Source: Eukaryota sp. GEM-RC1 (lineage: Eukaryota). From it: a DNA stretch of 64,000 nucleotides. The stretch is taken from NCBI GenBank assembly GCA_040285855.1, contig JAUFOQ010000005.1, forward strand, positions 930,001-994,000, given 5' to 3'. This document shows positions 12,817 to 26,173 of the stretch, in pieces (position 1 is the stretch's first letter; every line of letters starts with the position of its first letter). The translations under genes and the position numbers were made by a program. Under the pieces are notes generated by a model. The model was given only the letters and a program-made list of their open reading frames with translations, ran no database searches and was not told the origin of the DNA.

Positions 12817-15019
12817 ATGTCTCTTCCCTACCGTTTCTGTGATACACTTGTTGGTGCACATCTTAAGCACATCAGAGATATAGAGCTTGTAAAGCCCTTC
12901 AGTACCTACCTCAAGAAAGAATACGGTGCCCCTACATTAGAAAAGTACAACACAGATATACGAAAGTTAAACGAACTTCGTAAAGCAGCTGGTCGCATCG
13001 CCGATTCCACAGAAGCCAGTCGATCGGTTTTAATCCGATACTACACCACTCTTAGACAAATTCAACAACAATTGCCCATAAGTCCTACAGAGGTTTGTCT
13101 CCTTGCCTTTTCACCATAGATCGTTCTTCCTTTCTCTTGGTGTTGTTCTTTCAATGCATCTAACAAGTTTGTCTCTCATTATATTGAAGCCGAAGAAGCT
13201 GCTGTTCTCTACAACCTCTCTGCTGCTTATGGACACTCTGCCATGTCTATAACTAAACGAACACCCGAAGATCTTAAACGATCCATCAAGGAATTCTGTA
13301 TCGCTGCAGGACTATTCCAACGCACCGCTCAGCTCCTTGATTCAACTCCCCAAACTGGCTCTCTTACCCCTGATCTCACCCAAGAGAACCTCAACATGAT
13401 GAAAACTCTCATGTTAGCTCAAGGCCAGGAATGCTTCATTGAATACGCCAGACTTCAACAAATCCCCTCTGCCACTCTAGTCAAGCTCATTGGCCATGCA
13501 GCCAAGCTCTATGAAAAGGTCATCACCCTAAGCAAAGCTCCCGCCTTCTCCGATCTCATTGACCGTCAATGGTTAGCTAGAATCCACATTAAGATGATGC
13601 TCTTCTCCGCCATCCCCCATCAAATCCTTGCTGAGAAAGCTGCAGGGACGATGGAGTTTGGTGAACAAGTAGGTCGTCTCCGATATGCTCACAAACTGAT
13701 CAATGTATGTTTCAACAAGATTGGTCCTTCTGCTGCTGAAATGGTTCCTATCCTGGGTCATGCTCAAAAGTCTATTTCAGTTGCTCTCCAGGCTGCTGAA
13801 AAGGAAAACTCTACCATCTACTTTATGTCAGTCAAATCTGAAAAGGAATTTCCCCCGTTAGAAGAACATTCAATGGTTGAACCAAAAGAGACTGAACTCG
13901 AATGTACTGATCCTCTCTTCAAAGGCCTCATGTCCAAGGGAGATCTCCAGCTACTTGCTGATGTTCAGAAGGCTGCTCAACGTATGTGGACTGGAAATCA
14001 AGGATCAGTATGATGAAGCAACTGGTCAGTCTCAGAACGCAATGAAGGAGATGGGATTACCCGGGGCAGTGACTTCCACCCTTGCTCCTGAGCACTTTCC
14101 GTTGGCTTTGAAGAGAGCAATCACTCAAGGACAGAGTACTGCAGGGAAGGTGTTAGAGAAGGAGCATAATCTTGACTTACTCAAAGAACAATGTCATGGA
14201 ATTTTAAAGGATGTTTTGACTGGTCTTAATGAGATTGACAAGCAAGAAATTGATTATGAACGTAAATTTGGAGATAAGTGGAGAAACCAACAAATCCGCC
14301 AAGGACTTCGCAACCTCCTTACTGAAACTCATCGACTTAAAACTGTCAGTGACGATGCTGACTCAAGTGACAAGAAGGTTAAGGGTAAGATTGATGCTCA
14401 CCGTAACTACATTGTTCAAATTAGTCAGGGTGCCGATACAGTTGAGAGAAAGTTACCATCCCACACTGGCCAAGCTGCTACTGAAACTGTATCCAAACTG
14501 GCAGAACAATTAAAGATTGATCTAGAGCGTATTGCTGACGTGTTTGAGGAAAGACGCGTGTTATTGGAACGTGTTGCTAAGGCTGCGTCCCCAGACAGTA
14601 TTGTTCCTGTCTTTAGAGAGGGAGAACGTGGAGTTTCTAGAGTCATTAACAAGGCTGCTGAAGGACTTGACTCTACCCTTGACAAACAGGCTGAGATAAT
14701 GTCTGCAATGAGAAAACATTTCAATGAGTTTGATCTGAGCCGTCCTCAAAAGGATTCTGCCTCTAAAGCTCGTGAGGAAGTCTTTTCAGAGTATCAGGAG
14801 ACTCTTAAAGCTTTGAAGGATATCGAGGGTAATCTGACTGAAGGTCATAATTTCTATAATCGACTGTTACAGAAGTTGATTGAGTTGTCTGATAATTTCA
14901 CTGGATTCCAGTCGATGAGGCAGATTCAAGTTCAGGAACTTGCTGGGTACTTAACATCTCAGTATAGTAATGTTTATCAGGGTCATTCTGATGCACCTCC
15001 ACCTCCAACTTATTTCTAG
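12817..15019 (+). CDS. PDCD6IP: ALIX/BRO1-family ESCRT accessory protein (BRO1 + V domain + short Pro-rich tail)
   Basis: 27-nt intron 13093-13119 joins to IVLPFSW. BRO1 motifs EEAAVLYNL, AAGLF, LMLAQGQEC, GEQVGRL, AEKENSTIY; V-domain end EGHNFYNRL. One +1 indel near 13993. Confidence 0.85.
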
Positions 15020-15039
15020 ACATTCTTTTTTTTGAACAT

Positions 15040-15975
15040 TTGTGTATAAAGTTTTTTTTAAACATGTATTTAAAATCAATCGAGTTTCTACATTTATCTG
15101 TGGTAAAATTACAAAATTGTGTTTTACATGGCTTAGAAGACTTGGATTTTTCTAAACGTCTTAGTGTTACTAAGGTAAATAATCCCGTCTTTGCTGCTTT
15201 TCTTTTGGATTTAAAAAACTGCTCATCGTTTATTACTCAACAGCCTAGACCTTATGGTCTTCATCTCAATAATGAGGCTTGGAAACTTAACATGCGTCTT
15301 CGCTTAGGTCTGTTTCCATCTGAATTGTTAGCTAATACTATGTGTTGTTGTGAAAAGAGACAAAAGGCTGACTTCAGACACATTGTTAGTTGCAAAAAAT
15401 TTCTTCAGTTTAGATCGATTTTACACAATGCTGTTCGTGACGTTACGTATGAAATGTTTAAATGTCATGGGTTTAATGGGAAAATCGAACCTCTTCTTAA
15501 GCATTATAGTGATGATAATATTACCAATTCTCGACGAGGTGATCTCATTGTTCCATATCTTGATTCTTGTCAAGCTGTGATAGATTTTACTACTGTGGAT
15601 CCATGTGCTAAAGTATATTTGAATTCAGTTTCGAGTGATACTGAAAATCATTTATCCAAAGCTGAAAAAAGAAAAATTAGTACATATTCTGACACAATGA
15701 TCAAACTGAATTCCAATTTGTATTCTTCTTTTAAATTCATTCCTTTTGCTATTTCAATTCTTGGTAATATTGGAATTGCTGCTGAAAAATTCTTTGATGC
15801 CTTTTCAAAGTTGTGCCGTGACCATAGGAAAAATTTTAATCAGTCTATTTGGCGCAATCGCATTGTTTTTTCCTTATATAGAAGTTTCCCAAAGTATTTG
15901 AATTGTATTCTGGACAAATTGTATCGTGGTAGTTCAAGAGTAGATGTGGATCATTTAATATCTTTTAAGTACTAG
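15040..15975 (+). mobile_element. 5'-truncated RLE-type (CRE-like) non-LTR retrotransposon with open zinc-knuckle/endonuclease region
   Basis: MRLRLG, C-C-H-C knuckle (CCCE...HIVSC), HNAVRD, IEP, RRGD, IDFTTVDP, AEKRK, FIPFAISILGNIG. Homologous pieces occur elsewhere in the window. Confidence 0.8.
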
Positions 15976-16027
15976 TTGTTTGTATTTCGTTAATTTATAA
16001 CATAAAATATGTGTATGTATTTAAAAG

Positions 16028-17043
16028 CAGGGCCCGGAATAGTTGAATTGATTGACAATGCCAACGATTGATATTTAACCAATGCCAGTCTCAAATTGAT
16101 CCAATCAGTGTTTCAATGTCAGGTATTGATCCAATGTTTCAAGTATTGCCTCTACTACTAGTAGTAGAACAGGGAAATCATAAAAGTTATGTATTTAGTT
16201 CACAAAGAACATGTTGAAACGATTATCTACATCAGGTGCAATTCGATATTGCGTTTTGTGGTCTTGAGCATAGTTGTGGATACCTATATCCCAATAAAAA
16301 GAATACCTAATACCTACCAAAATACCAAAATAACGAATACCTCAGCCTGATACCTGAATACCCAGAAAAATGATTGAACACATTATCGAAGCTAATTTAT
16401 ATAACCTGTTGTACAAACATCTCAATCAACAATATACAGTGCTATAAACTATATTACTCGTCGCTGCGTCTTGTTTTTCTTCCACATAGTCCATCCTTAT
16501 AGTTGACAACCATTACACCTGATATCCACAAATTCTGTCTCAATAATCTTGGCTGTGTCAAGCTTCCACAATGGGTTCATAGAAGATTGCCTAATGGTAG
16601 CAAAAAAGTGTCCTTTTTGGGAAAAGATGATTCAAAGAGAAGGTTGGCAATATTTCAACAAACAGTTTTAATCTGGTGTTGACTTAGAACACGTACATTG
16701 TATCCATTTGTTCAAAAATAGAAAAGTTGATTAATCCAAATGTACTAAACAAAATTAATACTATTTAAATGTAGCATTAGAAGGGTACTTTTGGTAGCAA
16801 CAGGTATCTCCAATATGAGACATGAAAATACCTAATACCTACCTCAATACCTAATACCTACCGAAATACCTCGAATTTAGGTATCCACAACTATGGTCTT
16901 GAGACAAAAGGACTGATTAGCAAATTTTAATTGGCCAATGTTTCAATGTTCTAAATTGAACCAATCAATGTTTCATACCAATCACTGTTTCATACCAATG
17001 TATTCAAATTATTGAATTGGTAATTCAATTTGTCCAGGCCCTG
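16028..17043. mobile_element. Non-autonomous TIR element (hAT-like) carrying a nested MITE
   Basis: TIR CAGGGCCCGGA / CAGGGCCTGGA; CCAATG subterminal repeats; flanks ATTTAAAAG/ATCTAAAAG (8/9 match). Confidence 0.75.
16269..16895. mobile_element. Nested hAT-type MITE, 627 bp
   Basis: 17-bp perfect TIR CATAGTTGTGGATACCT; perfect 8-bp TSD GTCTTGAG (16261-16268, 16896-16903); AATACC subterminal repeats. Confidence 0.92.
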
Positions 17044-17506
17044 ATCTAAAAGGAATGTATTAATGACAATACAGATTTGGAAACTTTACAGTGGTGTGGC
17101 GTTTTTGCCACAACTGTTCCGGGATAACAGAATTATCGATAAGTGTTGTACAATCAATTGTCTCCATTCAATGTTTGGTTCTCCTTCATTTTCAAGAATC
17201 TTTGCAAAATGCAAGAGTGTATCGAACGCAATTTGAAGTCGTTATAAACGTCACCAGGTGATGTTATTGATGAATTAAAATTCGATTCAGCATGACACGA
17301 AAAGTAATTATCCTTTGTGGATCCTCTTCAAACAGAAACTGATTGGGAAACAGTAGGGTCGAAACTAGAGCTCCGAGCAATAATTAATACATACTGCTTG
17401 GAGAAAATTACCAGGTACTGATGTATTACATGTACATGTAGGATTACTGAATGTTTCCCCATTTTTTGACCTTCAATGATATCCTTTGACACTTTCTTTT
17501 CCAATA

Positions 17507-20328
17507 ATGGACAGTGTGACGAGCACTCCTTTTCAAGCTATCATCAGCCTGACTCGTCATGGAGCCTTTCAAACTTTTTCTCAGCCTTTCATTGATTTAG
17601 TGGGTTATGATGAAGAATCGCTGCAGTCTATGACTTTTGACTCGTTGTCTCACTCAGAACTGACCTTCTCTTCGTTCATCTCACAAGTTCTCTCATCCCC
17701 TGCGTCGCAGCATTTTGCTATTCTAACTACTTCATCACAAACCCAAATCAAATGTAACTTTATTCCACTCTTTCTAGATGAATTCTCCAACATTTTCCTT
17801 GTTCAACCTCTCTATTCTAAAAGTCAAATTACTCTTGAAATGGCTGAAACTATAATCGATCTAGCAGGTATTGGTTATTGGATCCTTGATCTTGACACCA
17901 AGGAACTACTTTGGAATGACCATATTCCTTCTATAACTGAGACACCACTTGGTCACGTTCCCAATTACGAAGTAGACCTTGAATTATATGAACCAGAAGA
18001 TCGAGCTAGAATAAAGGAATTAGTTGAGAAATCAGCAAGAGATAATTCTGATTTCCATATTAAAACTAAACGCAAAACGTTTCTGTCCAATACAAAGTGG
18101 ATTGATGTTTCTGGTAGGGTCAATAATCAACGTCAACTTTTTGGAGTTATGCGGGATATTACTGATGAAGTAGCTTTTGAGACACAACAGGAAGAGCAAA
18201 TTAAGCACCAACAGGAACTGCTACAACAACTTCGAGCTACAGAAAGTGCTTTGAAAACTACCATCAAAGAATTAGAAGACGCTCAACGCCTTGGTAAAAT
18301 GGGTTTCTTTTATATTAACAGGGACGATAGGATCATTAAAGTGAGTGAGAACGGAAAGACGATTCTGGGACTTCAACACGATGAAAGTGAAGTTAGTCTT
18401 GAGAGGTTTGTCCCTCACATCGGAATTGATTGGTCTGAATTGCTACAACAACGTCATGATCGTCTGTTTGAAACCGGAGAGTCTTTTGCTGCCACAATGC
18501 CATATGCATTGGGATCTGAAACTAAGCAGATTCTCTTTGAACTTCATCCTACTATTTTTGATGATGTCGGCAAACCTGTAGTAGCTAAGGGAATTTTTCA
18601 AGATCTCACAGAGCTGGTCACTGCAAAGAACCAAGCTGAAAGAGCCAACTCTACGAAAAGTCGATTTTTAGGCTACGTAAGCCACGAGTTTGTTACCCCT
18701 TGGTCTCTTCTAATCACAGAATCCGAACGGTATCACGTCATCATTTCCTTTCTCATCTCAGCCTCTAAACTCTATCATGGGATTGTGTATGTTTCACTCT
18801 CTATCTCATTCTAGTGTCTGTTCTCAAGGACATTGAAACTAACTCTAACAAACGATGTCTACTTCAAGAATCACTACAATCAGCTAATCTATTACTTTCA
18901 CTAGTTAACAATATCATTGACTTGTATCGAATCGAATGTCAGCGGTTTGACCTGGAGGTTTCTCGATTTACTCTGTCTTCTGTCGTTGATAGTTTAACAC
19001 ACTTCTTTGCATCCGATTTTGGACCGGAAACGTCATTAGAATGGCTCACTTTGATTGACCCTGAAGTTTATCGTGAGGTCACCGCAGACCAACAACGTTT
19101 ACTTCAAATCTTAATCAATCTGATCAGAACTATTCAACGATTTGCAACAGAAGGGTATCGTGTATATTTCAATTTATTCTAGATTTGTTAAAATTAACAT
19201 TAGTTGGATCGCTTCCTCCAAAGAGGGTGATAGTGGTCTTATTAGGTTCACAATCACGGCTTCTGGAGCACAAGTACCAGAACTTTCTCATTTAAAAGCA
19301 CTCTTTGATCCCTTTCAAATGAATCAAAATGATTTGTCTCTTGATTGGGGTCTAGGATTGGCTATTTCCCAAGGAATAGCTAGGCTGATGGGCTCTGAAA
19401 TTAAGGTGGAAAGAGATGATACATCCTCTGGAATCTACTTTGATATGGAGCTCATTCTAGAGTGTACACGTGGCAAAACGGTGATTGAGAAGTTCAAAGA
19501 CATGTCGGTTTGTTTAATAATGAAGGACTCGTATGCTAAAGAAACTTTGATTCAGCAACTCACCGCCTTCCATATCAAACTCCAAGAATCAACTGTAGAA
19601 ACATTGAATCTGATTAATCCAGAGACTTCTGCTGTGTTTGTTCATGCACCACTCGTATCACAATCCTTGGAATTATTCCTAGGCAAAACCTCCATGGCAT
19701 TGGTTACTATATCCTACCAACATCACAAGGATGAACTTGAAGGACAAGTCTCCATGAGAACTGGAAATAGGTATACTCTCACCCTACCGATATTATATGC
19801 GCAATTGGTCAATATCCTTTTGGCCATCAGAGGTGCCATACAACAAAGTCCTGTGCCAAAAACAGTTAGAAAATCATGTGATTCAGAAAGGTTTTACGTC
19901 TTGGCAGCAGATGATCAGTTACTTAATCGAAGGGTTTTAACTGTAATGCTGGAACAAATGGGGATCGACTGTCAGTGTGTTGATGACGGGAGACAAGCAG
20001 TGGATTTGTATAAGAAGAATCCCTTTGATTATGACTTGATCATATTAGGTAGGTTTCAAATTGATTAATATTTACTTTAGATTATCGAATGCCGATGAGT
20101 GGGAGTGATACTGCTAGAGCTATTCGAGATTTTGAAAAGAACAATGGTGTTGGGTTCGTTTCGATCATTTGTTTGACAGCTGATGCATCTCTAGAAAGTA
20201 AAATAGATTCTCTTGAGTCTGGAATGAACTTTTGGTTAAGTAAACCAGTAACAAAGCATGATCTGGCAAAAGTCTTGGAACAGTTTCTTCCTTTGTGTAG
20301 AAGAAAACATCAAAATCCTTCAGTATGA
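17507..20328 (+). CDS. Hybrid sensor histidine kinase: PAS domains, HisKA, degenerate HATPase, receiver
   Basis: Five introns (18688-18719, 18730-18761, 18787-18814, 19155-19182, 20049-20080) rebuild FLGYVSHEIRTPLNSIMGL and the receiver AADDQLLN...IILDYRMP...LTAD...KP. Confidence 0.88.
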
Positions 20329-20628
20329 TTTAGTCAGATTTAGTATAGGTACTAAATATTGTACTTTTTGTTCTATTAAAAATAGTTCGTTGTGAACTCG
20401 TTAAATTAAGTTTTGTTTGGAGGTTAATCGTTGTTCAGATTTGAGTTAATATCATAGGTTAGATATTTCTTTTTGATACAGAAGATAGATTCAGTAACTG
20501 TTCAACATATAGATGATGTGTTAATCCGAGATTGCTGAGATTTAGAGATGTCAATCATGAAGGAAACAAACTTGGATGAAGAACGATGAGGAACTTTCCT
20601 TTTCCCTAATTGATCAATCCAACTCAAC

Positions 20629-23600
20629 ATGAAGACCAACTATGTCTTTGGTATCTTCTATCTGTATGATTCACCATCGCTTCTAACTCCAGTATGACCC
20701 AAAACAATTCCGCACTGAAAAGAGTCGCTTTCATTGCCTACATTTTTGCGTATATTCGTTTGTTCTCCTTCACTTCATCTCATCTTAGAGTTTTGGTCGT
20801 TTGCCTTCATAGAGGAGATCTATAAACATCTCCCTGCGGTCAATGCCATCTCAGTCTTCTTAACCTACCTCCAGTTCTCCTTCCAGACAGACACAGTCTT
20901 CCAGTTCTATGCTTTCAACATTCTCGCTTGTTTCGTAGTCATCGTTGTACTTCTTCTCTCACTTCACGTTGGACAGTCTTTCAAGAGCGGCATCTTTACC
21001 TCCCTCTGGTCAGTCCGTCTTCTTCGTCTTCTAGGTCTCGCTTTCCTCTCAGTTCTCTTCATCCCCACTCTTCAACTCCTACTCAATCCTCTCAACTGTA
21101 TATCCTCTGAGAACCTTGCTGGTCACGTTCTTCGTGATTTCTATCCAGAAGTGACTCTGTATTGTTATCACTTCCCTAATGTCTTCTCTGTCGTGATCTC
21201 TCTTGCTTGTGTCCTCATCATTGTTCCCTTTGCCTGCTTTCTCTCTCTTGTCTTCTTCAATGCTAATATTTCTGCTGATGATATCCTAGCTAGACCTCAT
21301 GGACGTTTTGACTTCTCCTTGCAGATTTTCAAAATTCTTTTAGTTGTAGCCAAAATTTACTTGGTTAATATCAGAACACGTGCGATGACGTTTTTCCTTA
21401 TTTTTCTACTCATGTACAGAAGCTTTACCTTTTACACTCCTTATTATAAGAGGTTTACTAACTTTTTTTGTGCGGTTTTGTACTTTAGTGCATTTTTCTC
21501 GTCCTTCTTCACTTTAATTATGTCTTTTCAGAGTTCTCTAATTCTGGTTTTACTTGGTCTTTTCAATTTGCCAATTTTTTAAATTTTAATCTTTCGAGCT
21601 TTGTTGTTTCAATTCTGTTCTATGTATTCTTCATCATTGGTAATATTTTTGCTGTTTGTCGATGTTATCGCAAATTATTATGCTTAAATGTCATTGATGC
21701 TCGTAAAATCGTTAAAAATGTTCATAAATTGAAATCCAAATCCAAAAGATTTGATCCTTCGAGAATCCTTTCTCTTGCTGCTGGTTATAAACCTCCAACA
21801 GATCTACTTGTAACAACTGCTTCTCCACTTCCAAATGCTTCAACTCACCCTGATTCTTGTCTTTGTACAACTTGTGCTTCAATGGTTGGTATCTTTAAGT
21901 CTGTATTTGATGTAGAGTTATCAGCGAGGTTTTATTTAAACAAAGCTACTTCAGTTATTAAACAAGAAGAAGATCTTGACGAACTAGAAGCTTATATAGA
22001 TGAATTGATTGCTTGTGGTATTGTTGTCTTTATCCATGGCTGCCAATCATTTTCAATCGCAAACTGTCGTGATTACGCTTTTATTTCATTATTTTTTAAA
22101 AGTTCTGTTGGCCAACTGCGACCTGCTTGGTCCAATCAATTTTTAGAAATGTTATGTCCAAGTGACAATCAATTTGAGACCCATTCCTCACCCATAGATC
22201 TCAAATTTTTAAAATTTGTTGAAGAACGGGAAACTGTTCGGACCCAATCAGCCACTCCTAAACAACAAGGCTTGCCATCGTCATCACCTTCCCAAATGGA
22301 GTTAGAAGCAGGTCCATCAAGTAAAATGGGTATCGTGGAGTACCTTGACTTCCAACGACTTTCTTTCCAAGCACGTAAGTTCCAGTTACTAACAATAGAA
22401 GAGCTCAGGAGATTCTGGTATTCTTTGTTGGAAGGTTCTACTTCAGGATCGGTAACTCACATCCAACGACTTCCCGCCATTTCTAGTAGAATTGTTGAGT
22501 TCGAAACTGAAGCCAGCGGATATTTTGATAGTTTAATCACGAGGTTTTCTTATAATCCTGTTGTTTATCGTCAAGCTGCTCAATTCGCTAGAGATGTCCT
22601 TGCTGACGAATCTTTAGCTTCTAAACTAGAGTCCTCAGGTCTTTTGGCTTCTGCTCCTGCAGGTGGTGATGGTAAGTCTGTCGCTGGTTCTGGAGCTGGG
22701 TCAGTAGCTAACTCCATAGCCAATACCAATAGTGATGGGTCTATTCTAGGTAATGAAGAGAAAACTGCAAAGGAAACTTTGCTGGTTGGTGATTCTAGTC
22801 ACGATGGTATTTCGAATAAGGCTAGGTTTTACTTAAGATTATTGTCTTATGCCCTAATTTCTTCAGCAATACTATTATTTCTACTTCATTCAACTCTTAT
22901 AACTAGTTATCAAGATCATATATCTGCTCATGATTCTATAACTAAGTTAAACTATCAAACTGGTTTCGTGCAGGCTCTTGGTTCGGTTTCCTCTAGTCGT
23001 TATGACTTACTTAATTTTACGGTACTTTCTGAGTCGTCAAGAACTATTAGGGATTTGTTACCAGTGGCTTTTAGGCGGTCTTCTTCTGTTAATAAGTACT
23101 GGAGAACTTCTGTTAAAGATCTAATTGACATTGATCATCACTTGGATTTCTCTAGGTTTTCATTACAACTAACGTTTTATGATATGTTTCGTGAGATTTC
23201 TCGAGAAGTCTTGAATGTTCAATCGCTGACTGAGCCCAATCAAATCACGTTGTTCAAGGATTTGTCGAATTTATTTGAGTTCTATCTGTCTCCAGGTTTT
23301 GATACTCTTTTAAAACAATTAACTCCTGATCTTCAATCATCACGTTTGATTTTGAGCGTGTTTGTTCTATCATTGTTGATATTTTGTCTTGCACTTAGCG
23401 TAATCACTTTTGTTAAACTGGTAGCGTGTTTCAATGAGCTCAATCAAAATCGAGCGTCTGCCATGGGTTCTTTCCTGGAAATTGACAGATCGATTGCTCA
23501 AAAGGAACTCAAGAAATATGATGATATTGCTAAAAGATCAGGAATTCAAGGTAATTACTCGTCCAAGTTCGATGCAATGTCTAATCGAACTGAGTTGAGC

Positions 23601-24876
23601 TCAGCTGCTAGAGCTAAAATGCTGTCAGGGGAAGGCGTTTCATCAAGTAAAAGCTTGAAAGATTTAAAGAAACTGTTTGTTGTAACTCTAACCTCTGTAG
23701 TTACGATTGTTCTCGTGTTTTCTCTTCTTTTCTTCAATCAAATGAGAGTGACTAATCCAATGATGGAGAATTTTGAAGATTCAAATTCGCTTGTTACCCA
23801 AAATTCTCTAATTTTTTCAAATTCTATGACCAATTCCTCAAACACTCACTCTTATTTAAATCATGTTGTTTTTAAATTAAACAATCTTTTAAGTGGTCAT
23901 CTTGTTTTAGACGCTTCCTCCTCTTTTTGTTCTCCTGATACCTTCAATCTCAATGACTTTGACTTGAGTATTCCCTCTTATACAACGCTTCTCTCCTTAG
24001 AATCTGAGGCTTCTGACTTCTACTTCTCTCCTACAAGTTGTGTAGCTGTCAACGACTCTACATGTCCGAGTTTAACTAACCCTGAGCTATTTAGTTTGTA
24101 TTACTATAACTGGTTCTTTTTAGCTCAATCGTGTCACTCTGGTGCTCCTTCGTTATTTCTTTCAGTTTATACGTCACTTTTTCAATCCTCAACTCTCTTT
24201 TCTGGAAATCATGGTTCAATTTGCTTTAGATTCGCTAACTGAGTTTTCTAACGTGCGACTAACTTCATTAATTCTTTTTGTAATTGCTATAATTGTTCTT
24301 CGTTACACCTTCTTTTCTTTCATTTCCAACAAAATCTTTTCTGATAGTATTTCCACTCGTCGTATGCTCAAAATGGTCCCAGCTGAATGTAGAGATCAAA
24401 ATCTGATTTCCTGGGATTCATCTCTTGAAATAGGAATTGATTGGGTTGACGCTCAACATAAGGTTCTATTTGAGATCATGAATACTATTTATAAGGGTGC
24501 TATAGTTAATACTAAAAGTAAGAAATTCCTTGGCGATGCTCTTTATCGATTGTTAAATTATACTAAGAATCATTTTGCAGCTGAAGAAGCTTTCTTTGAT
24601 ACAACGGATTATCCTGGAGCTCAATCTCACAAAGCTTATCATCGAAAACTAGAAGGGCAAGTATTGAATTTTTATGAGAAATTTGAAAGAGGTGAAACTC
24701 AAATTGACATGTCGTTGATGACGTTTTTGAGGAATTGGCTTTTGAATCATATTCTGAAATCTGATCGACATTATGTTCAGTGGCATAATGACAAGAAGTA
24801 TAAGGGAACCATTGAGCTGCCGTCTGGTACAGGAACAGAGCAAGAAAGTGCAGTTGTGTTAGTAGAAAGGGAATAG
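20629..24876 (+). CDS. TmcB-like multi-pass membrane protein with C-terminal bacteriohemerythrin domain
   Basis: Introns 20664-20692 and 20758-20788. N-terminal TM bundle with ARPHGRFD; TPR-like FWYSL...YFDSLITRF...AQFARDVL; hemerythrin WDSSLEIGIDWVDAQH...HFAAEE...HKAYH...WLLNHILKSD. Two single-base indels (~21529, ~24200). Confidence 0.8.
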
Positions 24877-25421
24877 TTGTGAGCTGCTTTGTTTCATTTT
24901 GATTTTCGTGTCTTCTTCAAGTATTATTCTTGCAGGATTGGTGTAATATATGATATTTCCAGATTTTTTAAGTTTGTTTTGGATCAATATTGTTTCATTG
25001 TGGGTGCTTTGAGTTAATAAATCGGACAAGATTACTTTCATTCATCAAACCTCTAAAGAAGTGAAAAAACTCTGCATAACCGTCCTATCGCCATGCTTTA
25101 GAGAAGCTTCTATTCTGGAAAGGCAATGGCTTTAGCTCTTTTGGGCTTAAAACTTGGAAGGTCCAGCCTCTGTTTGTGTCTTCAGAGAGTATTGAACGTC
25201 ACACATGATTTGGTTGTCAGGTACTGATATGAAATTGGTGTTTTTGACTTTACATTAGCGTTCAGTTATATTTGGAAGAACTGGAATTGCACAACAGCCG
25301 TCCAATCAATATCCACTGGTAACAATTGCCCACACTATACATAATGTGTCTAAAATGAGTGTCGCAAATCTTGAGAATATCCCACCGTTTGACGCAATAT
25401 GACCCATAACTAGTACTAGTA

Positions 25422-25950
25422 CACTGGTTTGTCTTTAATTAGTCTCATCAGCAATTTAGTTTCAGTGAGACTAATTCTAAACTTGACCTTTAAATTTTGT
25501 CAGTGAGACTATAATCCAAATCAACTCTATGAATAGTTCTATTATTTTTTGTTTTTCCTATGTCCTAGCTTTGAGGACTACTCTCATGTCTCTTCATAAC
25601 CAATAGCTTTCAGCGACTGTTTCCGTTTAAGCACGCATCCCTCGACCTCACAACCCTGCTGTTAGTATTTCCGACGAAGACAATTGGAATTCTGATGGTA
25701 TTACGGACTAGATAAGCTGTAGTTAGACGTGAACTCTGTTTGAGCAACCAAACATCACTCAAATGTACTTTGTTTTTGAAGAACAGTGGAATATATTCGG
25801 AGTGTTTTTATGGTAATCATATTATCCATGATCAATCGTTTTTCGTAATGATTAGTAATAAGCAATGGTAAAGTAGTCTAGAAATTAGTCTCACCTTTTG
25901 AATTAGTATCAGATAAATAGTCTCAGTGAGACTAATTAGACAAACCAGTG
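25422..25950. mobile_element. MITE with CACTG termini
   Basis: 13-bp TIR CACTGGTTTGTCT; TAGTA on both flanks (TA or 5-bp TSD); palindromic AGTCTCAGTGAGACT subterminal motifs. Confidence 0.8.
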
Positions 25951-26173
25951 TAGTAGATTATAATTCAAAATATAAATAATATCTTGAGCCAGATCTCTTT
26001 TGTCAATAAATATTATCCGGGGAAAATGTACATACATTGATTTGTTCCAATCCATGACAGTATTGGACCTCATTGATGGATTAGTAAACTTGAAGCAGCC
26101 CTTTTCGAGACATTTCATGATAGCTTTGGTTGAGGCAACTAAGAGACAATCCATTTTTAGAGCAACCGCTTTG

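Noticed and set aside
13982..14018. Possible 37-nt intron (GTATGT...GAAG) that would fix the ALIX frameshift
   Set aside because: Longer than all other introns, lacks the YTNAYNNYAG end, and removes plausible coding sequence; a single-base indel is simpler.
26000..26173. 58-codon upstream extension of the Cys-rich ORF from a TTG start
   Set aside because: Eukaryotic context; the ATG at 26174 opens a clear signal peptide.
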